NCBI GenBank assembly: GCA_005223125.1
Contig: NJBH01000001.1
Span: 180,495 to 244,494 of the forward strand
Source: Promethearchaeota archaeon Loki_b32
GTDB taxonomy: Archaea; Asgardarchaeota; Lokiarchaeia; Sigyniarchaeales; SOKP01
Length of the DNA stretch: 64,000 bases
Reading direction: 5' to 3'
Under the pieces are notes generated by a model. It worked only from the letters and a program-made list of their open reading frames with translations. It had not been told where the DNA came from and made no database searches. The translations under genes and the position numbers were made by a program. Of the stretch, positions 28,437-38,057 are shown piece by piece (within the stretch, counting starts at the first letter, position 1; each line of letters starts with the position of its first letter).

Positions 28437-30287
28437 TTAATGTACAGTAACAGTTTTTGAAAGATTAAGTGGTTTATCCGGGTCTAATCCATGAAGTAGA
28501 GAGGCATAATATGCTAATAATTGCAAAGCAGGGGTAAATGTTATTGGACTGAAGATATTAAAATATTTATCACCCGGTTGGGGTATTTTAATTGTTAAAT
28601 CACTTAATTTCGAAATAGTCGTATCACTTTCAACAACAAGAGAAATAATTTTACCCCCTCTTGCCTTAAATTCCATAACATTTCCAATTAACCTTTGATA
28701 TGTCTCATCTGGAGGGGCTATAAATACAATAGGAAATCCCTCTCTAACTAAAGCAATTGGTCCATGTTTAGCATGTGCTGCCGAATAGCCTTCAATAAAA
28801 CGGCAAGCGACTTCCTTTAGTTTTAAACCTCCTTCCTTTGCAGTGGCGATTGATATTCCCCTTGCTAAAAAGAAAAATTGTGCACTTTTTTCTAACGTGC
28901 TTACGATATTTTTAATCCCATTGATATTTTCATTCAAAAAATTCTCAATAATTTGAGGGGTTGATTCTAAAGCCATTTCATACTTTTCAATATCAGATTC
29001 TAATTCAACTTTTCTTAGTTTTGCAATTTCTAATGCTATTAAAGCTAAAGTAAGTACCTGAGTACAATAAGTCTTAGTCGCTGCCACCCCAATCTCTGGT
29101 CCTGCCTGAGTTACTATCACATCATCCGAATATCTGGTAAGGGTGGATCCCACCACATTTGTAATTGTTAGTATTTTTATATTTTTTTTAGTTTTTGCCC
29201 ATCTAATTGCTTCAATTGTATCAATTGTTTCGCCTGATTGTGAGAGTGCAATTATAACGGAATTATTTTTTAATGAATTAGACAATTGTGTTTGGAATTC
29301 AGAACATTCAATTGCTTGAATGTATTTACCTAAAAATCTCGAAATAATAAATTTTCCAGCTAAAGAAGCATAAAAAGATGTTCCTGCCGCGGTAATATAG
29401 ATATTCTCTGCTGACCATAAAATATATGCAAAGATTCGTAAAGTATCTTTAGAAATTTTCAGAGTCCTTCTCATTGCAGTTGGCTCTTCATAAATTTCTT
29501 TTAGCATAAAATGTTTATAGCCTCCTTTTTCTGCGGCATCAATATTCCATTCAATTATTTGCAATTCCTTATCAATTTTTTTATCATTTTTAATATCATA
29601 GAATTCAGCTTCCCCTGCTTTTAGAACAGCAAGTTCATCATCTTCCATAATATAACACTTTCTTGTTAATGGTAAAAAAGCAGGAATATCCGAGGCTAAA
29701 TACGTAGTCTTCCCTTCTTCTATTCCAATTACTAAAGGAGATTCTTTTCTAACAACAATAATTAAGTCCGGGTTATCAACATGACAAACCGCCAACCCAT
29801 ATGCTCCTTTACATAATTTCAATGCTTCAACTACTGAATCTTTGAAATTTAAGCCTTCTTTCAATTTATTTTCAATTAAATGAGGAATTACTTCTGTATC
29901 TGTCTCTGATTTAAAGACATGACCTTCTTGCATAAGTTCTTTTCTTATTTCTATAAAATTTTCTATTATTCCGTTATGAACAACTGCAATTTTTTTAGAG
30001 CAATCTAAATGTGGATGACTATTGATTTTAGTGGGTGCTCCATGAGTCGCCCACCTTGTATGTGCAAGGGCAAGTTTAGAGTCATTTGGGATTTCTGCTA
30101 AATTTATTTTTTTTTGAATTTCATCAATTTTTCCTGAATCTTTTTTAATAAATAATTTAGAATTAGATAAAGAAACTATTCCACATGAATCATATCCTCG
30201 ATATTCTAAACGCTTAATTCCTTCAAGAACAACTTTTCCTAATAATATGTTTTTCTGATTAGTTATTATCCCAAATATACCACACAT
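28437..30287 (-). CDS. glmS: Glutamine--fructose-6-phosphate transaminase (isomerizing)
   Basis: MCGIFG, LEYRGYDS, HTRWATHG, HNGIIEN, SQSGET, LKLKE, KHGP, NLSKTVT. Confidence 0.97.
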   Translation of the reverse strand: MCGIFGIITNQKNILLGKVVLEGIKRLEYRGYDSCGIVSLSNSKLFIKKDSGKIDEIQKKINLAEIPNDSKLALAHTRWATHGAPTKINSHPHLDCSKKIAVVHNGIIENFIEIRKELMQEGHVFKSETDTEVIPHLIENKLKEGLNFKDSVVEALKLCKGAYGLAVCHVDNPDLIIVVRKESPLVIGIEEGKTTYLASDIPAFLPLTRKCYIMEDDELAVLKAGEAEFYDIKNDKKIDKELQIIEWNIDAAEKGGYKHFMLKEIYEEPTAMRRTLKISKDTLRIFAYILWSAENIYITAAGTSFYASLAGKFIISRFLGKYIQAIECSEFQTQLSNSLKNNSVIIALSQSGETIDTIEAIRWAKTKKNIKILTITNVVGSTLTRYSDDVIVTQAGPEIGVAATKTYCTQVLTLALIALEIAKLRKVELESDIEKYEMALESTPQIIENFLNENINGIKNIVSTLEKSAQFFFLARGISIATAKEGGLKLKEVACRFIEGYSAAHAKHGPIALVREGFPIVFIAPPDETYQRLIGNVMEFKARGGKIISLVVESDTTISKLSDLTIKIPQPGDKYFNIFSPITFTPALQLLAYYASLLHGLDPDKPLNLSKTVTVH

Positions 30288-30492
30288 TTTGAAATAAAAG
30301 GATTGAAAGATATTTTAATTTTTCATTTATTATTTATTGGGTTTGAGTATATTTGAGGGAAAGTTACATGACAAATTTTTAATGTAAAATTTCTTCAAAT
30401 GAGGTGAAATCCGTTTAGAATAATTTTAATATTGAAGTAACTTTTTTTTAGTTTAAATTTTGGTGAATAATACTTTAATTAGGTAATAAAAT

Positions 30493-31452
30493 ATGCCAAT
30501 CAATGTTATTATAACAAAAGATTTTAATCATATGAGTGAAGTAGCAGCTGGAATAGTTGAAAAAAAGATTATCGCTGGATTAAAAGACCAGAAACAATTT
30601 GTTTTGGGATTAGCTACAGGAAATTCACCAACAGGGCTTTACAAACATCTAGCAAAATTAGTTAATTCAGGTAAACTTGATAGCACTCGGATTCGTAGTT
30701 TTAATCTTGATGAATATGTAGGGCTTCCTGGTGAAAACGCTCAACAACGAACTTTGCACCCTGAGAGTTATTGCTATTTTATGATTCAAGAGTTTTTTAG
30801 CCTTCTTGATAAAAAATTCATTGAGACATCTGTACCTTATGGATCTTTGATTGATCAACAACAATTAATAAATGAACTTGAAGCAAATCCTGAAGACTGG
30901 AAAGAGTTGGGTACAGAAGCAGGCAAATCAATTGTTATTAAAGAAAATCCAACTTCAGATTATTTAGAATGGATACGAAAGACTATATTAGAAGGGTATG
31001 CTCAAAAAATTTATAATGCTGACGGTATTGATTTACAAATAATAGGTGTCGGAGGTCGTGGTCATGTTGCTTTCCATGAATCGGGGATTCCTTTTGAAGA
31101 TAGTAGTGTTTTGTTAGTAAAACTTGATGAGAATACTGTTGAAAATGCTGTGAAAGACGGACATTTCTTTTCAAAAGAAGAATCTCCCTGGTATGCGATC
31201 AGTATGGGCGCTGAATTAGTATATAAAGCAAAAACAGTAATATTGTTAGCTATAGGGGAACGAAAGGTTAAATCAATTACTAAATCGTTATTAAATGATC
31301 CGACACCCCAGATCCCAATTTCTTATGGTCAGATATACTCAGAAAAAGGTGGTAACTTAATTTATATAATTGATAAAATTGCTGGTCGAGAACTTCTTTC
31401 TAACAAAAATTTATTAGAACAAAAAGGAATAGAAATTAATATCTTAGAATAA
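30493..31452 (+). CDS. nagB: Glucosamine-6-phosphate deaminase
   Basis: LGLATGNSP, FNLDEYVGL, GIDLQIIGVG..GHVAFHE, AISMG. Confidence 0.85.
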   Translation: MPINVIITKDFNHMSEVAAGIVEKKIIAGLKDQKQFVLGLATGNSPTGLYKHLAKLVNSGKLDSTRIRSFNLDEYVGLPGENAQQRTLHPESYCYFMIQEFFSLLDKKFIETSVPYGSLIDQQQLINELEANPEDWKELGTEAGKSIVIKENPTSDYLEWIRKTILEGYAQKIYNADGIDLQIIGVGGRGHVAFHESGIPFEDSSVLLVKLDENTVENAVKDGHFFSKEESPWYAISMGAELVYKAKTVILLAIGERKVKSITKSLLNDPTPQIPISYGQIYSEKGGNLIYIIDKIAGRELLSNKNLLEQKGIEINILE

Positions 31453-31552
31453 AGAGCTACATAGGCTAGTTTTTTGTTTATTTTATAAAGTTAATTATAA
31501 AACATATTTAATCCATTAAAAAAAGTTAAAAAAATTAAAACATAGAAAATCT

Positions 31553-32977
31553 TTATATTAAATTTAATTTCCTCATTCTTTCTTGGGCGAGCTCGTTCAG
31601 TGCTTTCGAAGCTTCCAAACTAACGCTTGATTCTCCAGAAAGTCTCAAATACGGGCTTGTTCCTGAACGTCTGATCAAAATCCATCCATCATTATAATCA
31701 AACCTTACACCATCCATCTTGTTGATGTTTTTTATTTGTTTTCCTTCGGAATCTAACACTTCTTGCATTTCATCAATGATTTTTTGATTTATATCCCTCG
31801 TAAATGGAATATCTTTTTTTAATTGAAAGTTTGTGGTACAATATGGATAAATTGGAATCTCTTTTAATAAATCTCGTAAAGTTTTTCCAGATTCAACGAT
31901 CATTCTTAACACTTTAGCAATTGTGACTATTGAATCCGGTCCTAGATGAGTTCTAGGCCATATATATGTGCCAGAGGTTTCTCCTCCTAAAAAACCCCCT
32001 TGTTCTTTTAATGCTTGTGCAACTTTGATATCTCCTACTTCTGTATAAATAACCTCACATCCAAGAGGGTTTAATACATCTTCCAACAAGCTCGATGAGT
32101 TAATAGCAGTAGACACTTTCATGTTTTCCTTAGGAATTATACTTTTATATCGATTTAGATAATCAACCGCCATTAAGGACAAGAGACGAATTGGATCGAC
32201 AATTTCTCCATCTTCATCTAAAAATATCACTCTGTCAGCGTCGCCATCAAGAGCTATTCCAATATCATTTTGTTCAGAAGATTTCAAAAATTTAGAAAGT
32301 TGAATTAGATTTTCCTTGCTAGGTTCCGAATTTCGCCCTGGGAATTTACCATCCATTTGTGCATTAATGGTCATAATTTTTACATTATAAGTACTTAGCA
32401 ATTTTGGAGCTATATCACATCCAGCTCCATTCCCTGGATCAAGTATTACATTTAATGAACTTCCATCAAACATGATACGGTCATTAATGTCAGCAATGTG
32501 GATGTCGTTAATATCCTCAACATTAGTAACTTTTCCTACCTCGTCCCAATTAATATCTACAAATTTTTTATCGTTGTAAATCCTTTCAATTTCTTCTTCT
32601 TGCTCAGGTACATATCCCATTCCGGAGGGATTCCAAATTTTAAGACCTATATATTCTGGCGTATTATGTGATGCTGTAATCATAACACCACAATCTGCAT
32701 TTAAAAATTTTTGTGACATTGCTAATGTAGGAGTTGTAACTATGCCTAAAGTTTTCACGTTACATCCTGTACTTACTAGTCCAGAAATTAAGGCATATTC
32801 TATTGGTAAAGCAGAAATTCTTATATCTTTTCCGATAACCACGGTACCTTTTCCATTTAGATATGTCCCTAAAGAAAGACCAACATCTAAAGCCATTTGT
32901 GGAGTAAACATGACATCTGATTCGCTATAATTTTGAAATACGCGTCGTATACCTGAGGTACCAAAAAATTTTGTCAT
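31553..32977 (-). CDS. glmM: Phosphoglucosamine mutase / phosphohexomutase
   Basis: FGTSGIR, TASHN (phospho-Ser), DGDADR, GETSG, RRSGT; ATG 32977 preferred over TTG 33016. Confidence 0.85.
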   Translation of the reverse strand: MTKFFGTSGIRRVFQNYSESDVMFTPQMALDVGLSLGTYLNGKGTVVIGKDIRISALPIEYALISGLVSTGCNVKTLGIVTTPTLAMSQKFLNADCGVMITASHNTPEYIGLKIWNPSGMGYVPEQEEEIERIYNDKKFVDINWDEVGKVTNVEDINDIHIADINDRIMFDGSSLNVILDPGNGAGCDIAPKLLSTYNVKIMTINAQMDGKFPGRNSEPSKENLIQLSKFLKSSEQNDIGIALDGDADRVIFLDEDGEIVDPIRLLSLMAVDYLNRYKSIIPKENMKVSTAINSSSLLEDVLNPLGCEVIYTEVGDIKVAQALKEQGGFLGGETSGTYIWPRTHLGPDSIVTIAKVLRMIVESGKTLRDLLKEIPIYPYCTTNFQLKKDIPFTRDINQKIIDEMQEVLDSEGKQIKNINKMDGVRFDYNDGWILIRRSGTSPYLRLSGESSVSLEASKALNELAQERMRKLNLI

Positions 32978-33253
32978 TAAATCATTCACTCTAATTGTTA
33001 TTCTTTTGTTAATCAATATTCTAAATTTAAGATAGATTGAAGTAATGAAGATTTTTAAATATATTTTCCGAATCTTCAGAAAATCTATTATAGAAAGATT
33101 AAAACATTAAAATTGACTTCAAAAACATATTTATTTAGTTTGTCCATGCTTTTAAATATCAAACTTTGGATTTATTAAGAAAATTATTTAATTTTTTAAA
33201 ATATACTTTTATTAGCACTAATCAATGATAAATTTCTTCAGTGTGGTTAGTAT

Positions 33254-33394
33254 ATGATTTTTCAAGGATTATTTAACATGTTAGATTTATTTTTTAAAGA
33301 GACAGATTTGTTTTATAATAATATAGATCAATATTTCAGGGATAAAATCATTAGTCACTTCGAAGATAGGCTTATAAATGAGAGTAATTCTTAA
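33254..33394 (+). pseudogene. Truncated 46-codon 5' copy of the downstream 492-aa gene
   Basis: MIFQGLFNMLDLFFKETDLFYNNIDQYFRDKIISHFEDRLINESNS-stop versus MIFQGLYNIFDLYFKEMDLFYNNIDHFFREKVNIHFEDSLVNESNI. Confidence 0.85.
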
Positions 33395-33672
33395 CCGAAA
33401 AGTTATGCGATATGCTGGACCTCGAATGATATATACACACCCAATCATGGGTTTTCTATATTTATTAACAAAGTGTTGAGTCTTTTATCTTATCAAGTTT
33501 ATTTTTAATTAACAATAAAGGGCAGATTTTAATTTCGAGAAACGTTAATATGATTTAACAATACTTTTTGACCTTTATTTCCAATTTAAAAGGATAAAGT
33601 ATTAATTTTGTTAGTATCATACTTTAGTTAATAATAAAAAAAAAGAGTTTTTAACCTCATCTCTCTTATACA

Positions 33673-35151
33673 ATGATCTTTCAAGGCTTGTATAACATTT
33701 TTGATTTATACTTTAAGGAAATGGATCTTTTTTACAATAATATTGATCATTTTTTTCGTGAAAAAGTCAATATTCATTTTGAAGATAGTCTTGTTAATGA
33801 GAGTAATATAAGTCAAAAACTTAAAGAGCTTACAACTTACTTTATTGAAATATTCGATGATATTGGATTTGAAAAATCTGAAATAGAAAATGAATTTATG
33901 GATCCTTTTTTAGAATTACAAGATAAGGATAATGGAAAAATAAAATCAATGATTGAATTATACGAGAGTAAACTCGCACCTTTAATTTATGAAATTTTTT
34001 TAGAAAAAATTGTTGATTATCTGGTAGATGTAAAGGTTGCTCCTCTAATGTTAAAATTGAAAGCTGAAGGTTTTCTCACCATTGAATTCATTATGGAACT
34101 TAGGAATTTTAAGAATACGATTGATGGGTCTTCTGAAAAAAGAGAAAATCTAAGGAAGTATATTCAAATTCAAGAGAAAATTATTGATAAATTTCAAAGA
34201 AATAAGCTAAAAATTGAAAGCTTGGAAGATTTACAAGAACCTGAATTTAAACTCCAATTATTATATTTACTTTATAGAATCATTCATTTCTTTCACCTTC
34301 AGAAGACATTTGATTTTTCTCACATCAAATTGTATTTAGAAGAAAATATTGATGAGTGGTTAATAGATGTTCCTTTAGTAACTTTAAAAAACCCTGATAT
34401 CTATTTTTGTGGAATTTATTTAGCTAAAAATCTAAATATTAACCTTGATGAGAAAAAAATTGTCGATTTTTTGTTAAATTTATATGAAGAAGCTACAGAT
34501 AGATATGAATCACTTATTATCGAAGCTACCGATGGAGCATATTATTTTATTAAATCCACGGAATTGATGAATTTTTCGCTTGATTTTGAACATATAAACA
34601 AGTTGATCAAATCTGAACCTAAATTTTTCGAATCTAACTATTTGAAAACTTTAGAAACTTCTCAATTAGTTGTTATTTTAAAAATTTATCGCCAATTAGG
34701 GATTAGCAAATTAGAGCGTGAAATTAAAGCAATTTTAGAAGAGATTGAGTTAAGAATTGCTCCAGAAGGTATAAAACAATTCCGGGACGGTTTTGTTTCT
34801 TCAGAAGCTACATATTATGTCTTATTTAGTTATTTTATGAACAATTCACTTGAAAAGTTAAAAGATTATGACCTTTTGAGTAATATTGTATCTCGAATTT
34901 ATAGAAATCTAGAATTTCTCGATTTTTCAACTGATACGAATTATGATTTAGTTAGCGAATTGTTTTATTCAATTGAAAGTTTGAAATTATTTAATTGTAT
35001 AGAAACAAAAGAAATGATAATTCATTTAGCAAAATATTTGTTTCCACAAGAAATCGTTGATGCTATCTCAATCAGTAAAGAAACTATCAGAGAAAAGGCA
35101 AAATTTAGACATTTAAAGGTAAATCGAATAACAGGAGAGACTATTTATTAA
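33673..35151 (+). CDS. Hypothetical helical protein; C-terminal half may be an alpha/alpha-toroid (prenyltransferase-like repeats)
   Basis: 492-aa ORF with repeated helices such as DGAYYFI, EATYYVL and ELFYSIESL. Confidence 0.65.
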   Translation: MIFQGLYNIFDLYFKEMDLFYNNIDHFFREKVNIHFEDSLVNESNISQKLKELTTYFIEIFDDIGFEKSEIENEFMDPFLELQDKDNGKIKSMIELYESKLAPLIYEIFLEKIVDYLVDVKVAPLMLKLKAEGFLTIEFIMELRNFKNTIDGSSEKRENLRKYIQIQEKIIDKFQRNKLKIESLEDLQEPEFKLQLLYLLYRIIHFFHLQKTFDFSHIKLYLEENIDEWLIDVPLVTLKNPDIYFCGIYLAKNLNINLDEKKIVDFLLNLYEEATDRYESLIIEATDGAYYFIKSTELMNFSLDFEHINKLIKSEPKFFESNYLKTLETSQLVVILKIYRQLGISKLEREIKAILEEIELRIAPEGIKQFRDGFVSSEATYYVLFSYFMNNSLEKLKDYDLLSNIVSRIYRNLEFLDFSTDTNYDLVSELFYSIESLKLFNCIETKEMIIHLAKYLFPQEIVDAISISKETIREKAKFRHLKVNRITGETIY

Positions 35152-35266
35152 TTAAGCTTAACCATTACATTTTTTGCTAAAATTTCTTATTGATATTAAT
35201 AAGACTAAAAATTATAAATTAATCCTAATCATTTTACTAAGATAATAAAAAAAACTACTGATATTA

Positions 35267-36745
35267 ATGGATTTTAAAGAGTTTGAATTAATATATAAAG
35301 ACAACCGATGTGAAATTAAAGATAAACAGAAGATAGAGTCAAAATTAAAGGAAATTGTAGGAGAGAATAATATTTCTACAAATGATGTTGATATTTTAGC
35401 GTATTCAAAAGATTCTACTTTAATTGGAATGAATTGGACAATCCAAGGAAAGATTGCGGGATTGCCAGATTTTATAACCTGGCCAGAAACTGTTGAACAA
35501 ATATCAGAAATTTTGAAACTTGCTAACAAGGAAAAAATACCAATTATTCCATTTGGAGAAGGCTCTGGTGTTGTAGGAGGAGCTATAGCGATTTATGGCG
35601 GCATTATTATTGATATGAAGAAATTTAATAAAATTCTAAAGATAAATGATAAAAATTTAACAGTTACTGCCCAAACTGGCATAAATGGAATGAATTTAGA
35701 AAGAATATTAAATTCTAAAGGCTATACAACTGGTCATATTCCACAATCTCTGTATATATCCTCTCTAGGTGGATGGATTGCTCATAGAGCGGCAGGACAA
35801 TTTAGCACTAAATATGGTAAAATTGAAGATATTGTGTTAGGGATGGAAGTAGTATTACCTCAAGGTGAAATCATTAATTTTAAAACTATCGCAAGAGCTT
35901 CAACAGGACCTCAACTTGACAAATTATTTATAGGAGGAGAAGGGACTCTTGGAATTGTCACTAAAGCCACACTAAAAATTTGGCCTTATCCCGCTAAAAG
36001 AACTTTAATCTCATATGTTTTTCCTTCAATTGAAGACTCTTTTGAGGCTATAAGACAAATATTAAGAGAACAAATTTACCCCGCAGTAGTGCGAATTTAT
36101 GACCAATTTGAGACTATGAGACATTTTCCAGATATAGATAAAGCAAAGGATAAGGTTATGGTTGTATTTATTTGCGAAGGGAATTCAAAGCTCGTTGATT
36201 TAGAAGAATCAATCACTAGAGAAAAATCTGAGAAAAATTCAGGCGTAGACTGTGGAGAGCATCCCGTAGAACATTGGCTTGAGTCTAGATTTAGAATAAC
36301 AGAAACTTCATCAATGCCTCCGTATAAAATAGTATTTGATACTATTGAAGTTGCTTCTCTATGGGAAAATGCATCAGATATCTATCATTCTGTTTTAAAA
36401 TCAATGAAACAATTACAAGGAGTCATAATGATTACCGCACATGTTTCACATTTTTATCCAAATGGCGTAGGGATTTATTTTTCTTTTGGTGGAGTCCCAA
36501 CAAAAGAACAATCAGATTTAGAGTTTTACCAAAAATGCTGGAATACTGTAGTTAAAGCTGTATTAGATGCTGGTGGCTCAATTGCCCACCATCATGGTAT
36601 AGGAATTAATAGAGCTCATTGGATGGAAAGTGAATGGGGTACTTCTATGAATACATTAAAAGAAATAAAAAAATTACTTGATCCAAACGATATTCTAAAT
36701 CCTGGAAAAGTATATGTAGATACCTGGAAAGGAGGTGAAAAATAA
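35267..36745 (+). CDS. FAD-linked oxidoreductase, alkyl-DHAP-synthase (AGPS)-like
   Basis: GHIPQS, SLGGWIAHRAAGQFSTKYGKIED, GEGTLGIVT, HHHGIG, DPNDILNPGK. Confidence 0.88.
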   Translation: MDFKEFELIYKDNRCEIKDKQKIESKLKEIVGENNISTNDVDILAYSKDSTLIGMNWTIQGKIAGLPDFITWPETVEQISEILKLANKEKIPIIPFGEGSGVVGGAIAIYGGIIIDMKKFNKILKINDKNLTVTAQTGINGMNLERILNSKGYTTGHIPQSLYISSLGGWIAHRAAGQFSTKYGKIEDIVLGMEVVLPQGEIINFKTIARASTGPQLDKLFIGGEGTLGIVTKATLKIWPYPAKRTLISYVFPSIEDSFEAIRQILREQIYPAVVRIYDQFETMRHFPDIDKAKDKVMVVFICEGNSKLVDLEESITREKSEKNSGVDCGEHPVEHWLESRFRITETSSMPPYKIVFDTIEVASLWENASDIYHSVLKSMKQLQGVIMITAHVSHFYPNGVGIYFSFGGVPTKEQSDLEFYQKCWNTVVKAVLDAGGSIAHHHGIGINRAHWMESEWGTSMNTLKEIKKLLDPNDILNPGKVYVDTWKGGEK

Positions 36746-38020
36746 ATGGGTGTCGAAGAAACATTAAAAAAGTACAGTTGGATTTTACCACTTATTCAAA
36801 AAGCTGATAGAGCAACCAGAGCAGTGATAATGAAAAACTTTAGGCAAAAAAAGACGAATTTTTTTCCAGAAGGAGAATTTAATGCTGATGTAGAGAATCT
36901 AATTAATTGCATGCTTTGCCCGAATATGTGTCGCTTCGATTGCGGAACTTTGGTTGCTTCACAAAACGAAAGTATGAGTCCAGCATATAAAGCCAGAATT
37001 GGATATTATTTGACAATGGGGATAATTGATCCAGCTGATTCTGCTAATAAAGAGTTTATTAACTTGATGTATAAATGTACTAATGAGGAAAACTGCAAAA
37101 TTTGGTGCCCATTTGACTTTTCAGTAGTTTCCTTACTAGAAACTGTCAGAGATGATTTAAATGATGAAGGTCTAATGCCAGATTACTGTAAACAGCAGAT
37201 TTCTAAGTTAAATAAGACTAATACTATAGAAGATTACAATATATTCGAAACTTATAAAGAAAAAGGAATAGAAAATATAGAATCGGATGGTAATGACGAT
37301 GTTTTCTATTATATTGGATGTCAATCAATGAAATTTCCTGAAGTTGTAAAAGCAAATATAGAAATTTTAAAAAAAGCTGGAATAAAATTTTCAACCAATC
37401 TTGACAAAAAGGTATGTTGTGGGGGTCCAGCGTTTAATATAAGAGAAATGGAAACCGCAAAAAAGTTTGCTAGGAAAAATAAAGAACTCATTGAATCCAC
37501 AGGCGCTAAAATCATCATTTCAGATTGTCCTGGGTGTATTTTGACATTAACAGAGAGATATGAAAAAGCAGGAATTAAAATCGAAAAGGAAATTGTTCAT
37601 ATTGTTCAGTACTTTAGAAAATTAATTGATGAAGGCAAATTGAGATTTGAAAAAAGTATTCCAGAAGAATTTAGAAAGATAACAATACATGATCCTTGTC
37701 TTATAGCGAGAAACTTAAAAGACACTGAATCAATTAGGATGATTCTTAATAAAATTCCGGATTTAGAAATTATTGAACCTATGTATAATAAAGAATATGT
37801 TCATTGTTGCGGTTGGAGTGGTACTGCACACTGGGCAGATAAAGATTTAGCTATTAGAGAAGCACAGAATAGAATAAATGAATTAAAAGAAACTGGAGCA
37901 AATATTTTCATATCAGCATGTCCTCTCTGTGAATTAGGGCTAGCTTATGGAATAGATGAAACAGAAAAAGAAAAATATAATATACTGGATATATCTGAAT
38001 TATTAATAAAAGCATTATAA
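36746..38020 (+). CDS. (Fe-S)-binding protein with CCG domains (GlpC/HdrD-like)
   Basis: CMLCPNMC, C...C...CP, CCGG, DCPGC, HDPC, CCG, ACPLC. Confidence 0.88.
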   Translation: MGVEETLKKYSWILPLIQKADRATRAVIMKNFRQKKTNFFPEGEFNADVENLINCMLCPNMCRFDCGTLVASQNESMSPAYKARIGYYLTMGIIDPADSANKEFINLMYKCTNEENCKIWCPFDFSVVSLLETVRDDLNDEGLMPDYCKQQISKLNKTNTIEDYNIFETYKEKGIENIESDGNDDVFYYIGCQSMKFPEVVKANIEILKKAGIKFSTNLDKKVCCGGPAFNIREMETAKKFARKNKELIESTGAKIIISDCPGCILTLTERYEKAGIKIEKEIVHIVQYFRKLIDEGKLRFEKSIPEEFRKITIHDPCLIARNLKDTESIRMILNKIPDLEIIEPMYNKEYVHCCGWSGTAHWADKDLAIREAQNRINELKETGANIFISACPLCELGLAYGIDETEKEKYNILDISELLIKAL

Positions 38021-38057
38021 AAAATAATAAATATATAAATTTCTATAGAGTGATTAT

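Noticed and set aside
33395-33672. Intergenic stretch as a tRNA or ncRNA
   Set aside because: Only a tiny hairpin; no cloverleaf, T-loop or GC-rich stems.
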